Part shown: positions 60,830-64,000 of the stretch, piece after piece
Layout of the letters: every line of letters begins with the position of its first letter
How positions within the stretch are numbered: position 1 is the stretch's first letter
DNA from: Bdellovibrionales bacterium
Lineage (GTDB): Bacteria; Bdellovibrionota; Bdellovibrionia; Bdellovibrionales; JAMPXM01
Assembly: GCA_043739185.1 (NCBI GenBank)
Contig: JAYUEN010000386.1
Coordinates: forward strand, 93,443 to 157,442
DNA length: 64,000 bases
Direction: 5' to 3'
The notes under the pieces: generated by a model
Database searches by the model: none
The model's input: the letters and a program-made list of their open reading frames with translations, nothing else
What the model was told of the DNA's origin: nothing
Position numbers and translations under genes: made by a program

Positions 60830-61115
60830 AAGTTCTCCTAAGTTTCCGAACATAAAATTTTTAATCTTAATAAACTAGTACTTCAACACCCATACCACAT
60901 GATTGAGCCTTGCCATTTTACTATTAGTACGTATTTTCAGATACTTGCGGGCCTAGTGTTTGGCCAAAAAAGGGCATAACTTGAGCCTTGGCCGAAGAAT
61001 GTTATACACCTATCTAATATAATTAGTATTTTAAGGAACGAGTTTTTCAATCGGAATTCTTGTTTGGTGAAGCATTAATGGGTATGGTGAAAATTAGAAC
61101 TAGAGGGGGTAAAAT

Positions 61116-61433
61116 TTGGGATCTCGAAAAAAATTGGCTATCGAATCAAGAGCGGAAACGGCACCAGATAAGTCAATGGGCCTATCTGTTCAGCTAAAGG
61201 ATCTTGATCAGTTGGTGAAAGAGCTCACAAGTGACCACCCAAAACTTGAAGTAATAAGAGCGCAAATGGCTCGTTTAGGAATTGATTATAGTGAAGATGC
61301 AACTGAAAGAATGAGTCGAGTTCTTTTCTTGATTCAGAAAATTCAATTTGATTTTGCGCAGGATCTGCCTGAATTCAAGTCTTCCCAAAATATGAGAACG
61401 AAAAGGCTAAGAAAAGATGGAATTGAAATCTAA
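61116..61433 (+). CDS. Hypothetical protein
   Basis: TTG start after GAGGGGG; overlaps the next gene start. Confidence 0.6.
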   Translation: MGSRKKLAIESRAETAPDKSMGLSVQLKDLDQLVKELTSDHPKLEVIRAQMARLGIDYSEDATERMSRVLFLIQKIQFDFAQDLPEFKSSQNMRTKRLRKDGIEI

Positions 61434-62415
61434 TAAAAATATACACACCAATATTTTAACCACAATTGGAGATACACCGATTGTTCAGCTTCAGCGTTGC
61501 GTTCCCAAATCGCAGCACCAGTTTTTTGCAAAGCTTGAATTTGTGAATCCGGGAAGCAGTGTGAAAGATCGCATTGCACTTGCATTTATTGAGGCGGCTG
61601 AAAAATCTGGGGAACTCAAGCCCGGCGGAACCTTGGTCGAAGCGACTTCGGGTAATACCGGAGTTGGTCTGGCACTTGTCGCTGCGGTTAAAGGTTATAA
61701 ATGCATTTTTGTAATGCCTGAAAAAATCAGTGAAGAGAAGCGGGCCACATTGAGAGCCTACGGCGCCCAAGTGGTGATTACCCCCACCGGAGTTGAACCC
61801 GAAGATCCACGCAGCCATTATTCGGTTGCGAAGAGACTTTCGATTGAGACTCCCGGAGCCTACTATACCAATCAATATCACAATGTCGCCAACGTCACGC
61901 AACACTATCAGGTCACGGGGCCTGAAATTTGGCGCCAAATGGATGGCAAGATTGATGCTTTTGTTAATGGCGCCGGGACGGGAGGGACGATTTCAGGTGT
62001 CGGACGTTTTTTACGAGAAAAAAATCCTAAGGTGAGAATTGTTTGCGCAGATCCAATTGGCAGTATTCTTTATGATGTATTTTACCACAAGAAAGTAATT
62101 GATCCCGCGGGGAGCTACCTTGTAGAGGGTATCGGCGAAGATATGCTTCCAGACAATGTTCATTTTGATGTGATGACGGATTTTGTAAAGGTAAATGACA
62201 AAGAGTCTTTTTCGGCATGTCGAAATATTTGCCGTTCAGAGGGTATGCTTGTCGGACCCTCGGCCGGTTCAGCACTTGCTGCTGCTATTAAGTTTTCTGA
62301 AACATTAAAAACGCCTTCGAAAATTCTAGTTCTTTTTCCTGATAGCGGAAAAAGCTATTTGAGCAAAGCATTTGACGATAATTGGATGAGACAAAATAAA
62401 TTATTGGATGAGTGA
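61417..62415 (+). CDS. PLP-dependent cysteine synthase / cystathionine beta-synthase
   Basis: NPGSSVKDR, EATSGNTG, GTGGT, VEGIG, PDSG..YLSK; paired with a gamma-lyase. Confidence 0.92.
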   Translation: MELKSNKNIHTNILTTIGDTPIVQLQRCVPKSQHQFFAKLEFVNPGSSVKDRIALAFIEAAEKSGELKPGGTLVEATSGNTGVGLALVAAVKGYKCIFVMPEKISEEKRATLRAYGAQVVITPTGVEPEDPRSHYSVAKRLSIETPGAYYTNQYHNVANVTQHYQVTGPEIWRQMDGKIDAFVNGAGTGGTISGVGRFLREKNPKVRIVCADPIGSILYDVFYHKKVIDPAGSYLVEGIGEDMLPDNVHFDVMTDFVKVNDKESFSACRNICRSEGMLVGPSAGSALAAAIKFSETLKTPSKILVLFPDSGKSYLSKAFDDNWMRQNKLLDE

Positions 62416-62429
62416 GCAAGGGGACCGCA

Positions 62430-63605
62430 ATGAGTACGATCGATTGGAAAAAAGAAAAATTTGGATTTGCAACACGAGCTATACACGCAGGTCAGGCGCC
62501 TGATCCAACTACCGGCGCGATTATGACTCCTATATATATGACATCAACATATGTGCAGTCATCTCCTGGGGAGCACACCGGTTATGAGTATAGTCGTACC
62601 AAGAATCCAACCCGTTTTGCCTATGAGCAATGCGTGGCAAACCTTGAATCAGGAAAGCACGGATTTGCCTTTGCTAGTGGTTGTGCTGCGACCACGACCC
62701 TACTTCATTTGCTCAAAGCGGGGGACCACGTCGTTGCAAGTGACGATATGTACGGCGGAACCTTTCGTCTTTTTGATAAAGTACTTCGCAACAATGGGAT
62801 TGAGTTTAGTTTTGTTGATCTCACGCAGTTTGAAAATTTGAAATCGGCTGTTAAATCCAATACCAAAATGATTTGGATTGAAACTCCAACAAATCCAACT
62901 ATGAAACTGGTTGATATTGCCAAGGCGACTCAATTGGCGAAACAAAAAGCGATCATAAGCGTGGTAGACAATACCTTCATGAGTCCGTTTTTTCAGCGGC
63001 CCCTTGAATTGGGTGCAGATATCGTCATGCATTCGACTACAAAATTTATCAATGGTCATAGTGATGTGGTGGGCGGAATTGCAGTCACGGCAAACGATGA
63101 ACTTGCAACGCGAATTGCATTCTTAAGCAATTCAATGGGCGGGATTTGCTCTCCATTTGATGCTTTTTTAGCGATGAGAAGTCTGAAGACACTTGCAATT
63201 CGAATGCAGGCACATACTGAAAACGGCCAAGCTATCGCCGAATTTTTAGAAGCTCACCCTAAAGTCGAAAAAGTTTTATATCCGGGGCTCAAATCTCACC
63301 CCCAGCATTCGCTCGCAAAAGAGCAAATGCATGGCATGGGCGGCATGATTACCTTTTACATCAAGGGAGGTCTGCCTGCGGCCCGAACTTTCCTTGAGAG
63401 TGTTAAGGTATTTTCACTTGCGGAAAGCTTGGGTGGAGTCGAATCCCTAATTGAACATCCAGCGATTATGACTCATGCAAGTGTGCCTTCTGAAATGCGC
63501 AAGAAATTGGGTATTGATGATGCGCTCATTCGCCTAAGCGTAGGCATCGAAGACCAAAAAGACTTATTAAGTGACCTGACTCAGGCTTTTCAGCTTACCA
63601 AATAG
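62430..63605 (+). CDS. Cystathionine gamma-lyase/synthase
   Basis: YEYSR..NP, FASG, ETPTNP, HSTTKFINGHSD, AESLGGVESL, RLSVG.E; alternative GTG start at 62412. Confidence 0.95.
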   Translation: MSTIDWKKEKFGFATRAIHAGQAPDPTTGAIMTPIYMTSTYVQSSPGEHTGYEYSRTKNPTRFAYEQCVANLESGKHGFAFASGCAATTTLLHLLKAGDHVVASDDMYGGTFRLFDKVLRNNGIEFSFVDLTQFENLKSAVKSNTKMIWIETPTNPTMKLVDIAKATQLAKQKAIISVVDNTFMSPFFQRPLELGADIVMHSTTKFINGHSDVVGGIAVTANDELATRIAFLSNSMGGICSPFDAFLAMRSLKTLAIRMQAHTENGQAIAEFLEAHPKVEKVLYPGLKSHPQHSLAKEQMHGMGGMITFYIKGGLPAARTFLESVKVFSLAESLGGVESLIEHPAIMTHASVPSEMRKKLGIDDALIRLSVGIEDQKDLLSDLTQAFQLTK

Positions 63606-63629
63606 GCATCGCTGGGAGCTTTGGCAATA

Positions 63630-63653
63630 CTTACCGCCGCCGGCGGCGGTAAG
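63630..63653. repeat. 24-bp perfect GC-rich palindrome
   Basis: CTTACCGCCGCCGGCGGCGGTAAG is its own reverse complement. Confidence 0.9.
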
Positions 63654-63762
63654 AGAGAGTCCGCTAGTTGGAGATTGAGCCTCTCTTCAGCTAAGTCTTA
63701 GAGATAAATTTTGACAGCGCGATCCAATAATACTATCACTTTGTTTTGCTTTTTCAGTAAGT

Positions 63763-63838
<76 letters not shown>

Positions 63839-64000
63839 CAAAGGTGCCTGCTAACATTCCGTATTGCGCCGCGCACGTCCCCGAATAAATTGAAGTTTTT
63901 AGCGGTTCTCGGTAAAGTAGAAGGGTCCGAGTTGTGCCAATGGTCTTTGGTCTAGTTTTATTGATTGAAGTTAAGGTAACCCATCCCAGACCTTAAGCTT

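Overview
AT-rich bacterial chromosomal segment, almost certainly from a Bdellovibrionota (Bdellovibrio-like predatory) organism. This is inferred from gene content and order: groES/groEL lie near a Tad (type IVb/c) pilus cluster that ends in a YD/RHS-repeat gene and a small secreted gene, the layout of the Bdellovibrio hit locus. Housekeeping content includes mutY, speB, tag, citrate synthase, rnhA, an ABC exporter, menB-menA-menC-menE plus a polyprenyl synthase, rsmJ, an OlsB/OlsA-like acyltransferase pair, rodZ-pilF-rlmD-ndk, sucDC-mdh, an Mla/MCE system with two ATPases and two permeases, a reverse-transsulfuration pair and tRNA-Phe. No prophage, IS element, integron or CRISPR array was seen. 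Most notable observations: (1) an unannotated 27-aa, 15-Lys histone-H1-like peptide gene with a strong RBS and its own terminator; (2) an orphan HTH-ParA with a small non-ParB partner directly behind the hit-like locus; (3) an orphan, degenerate PduT-like tandem BMC shell gene; (4) a second, degenerate TadB/TadC pair tied to an atypical Ser/Thr kinase; (5) a dispersed repeat family that sits co-oriented just after stop codons; (6) a Cys-rich Hit/Bd0108-position protein; (7) several predicted leaderless mRNAs and sigma28/sigma54-type promoters; (8) several probable pseudo-enzymes. All family assignments are by motif recognition and memory, not database search.
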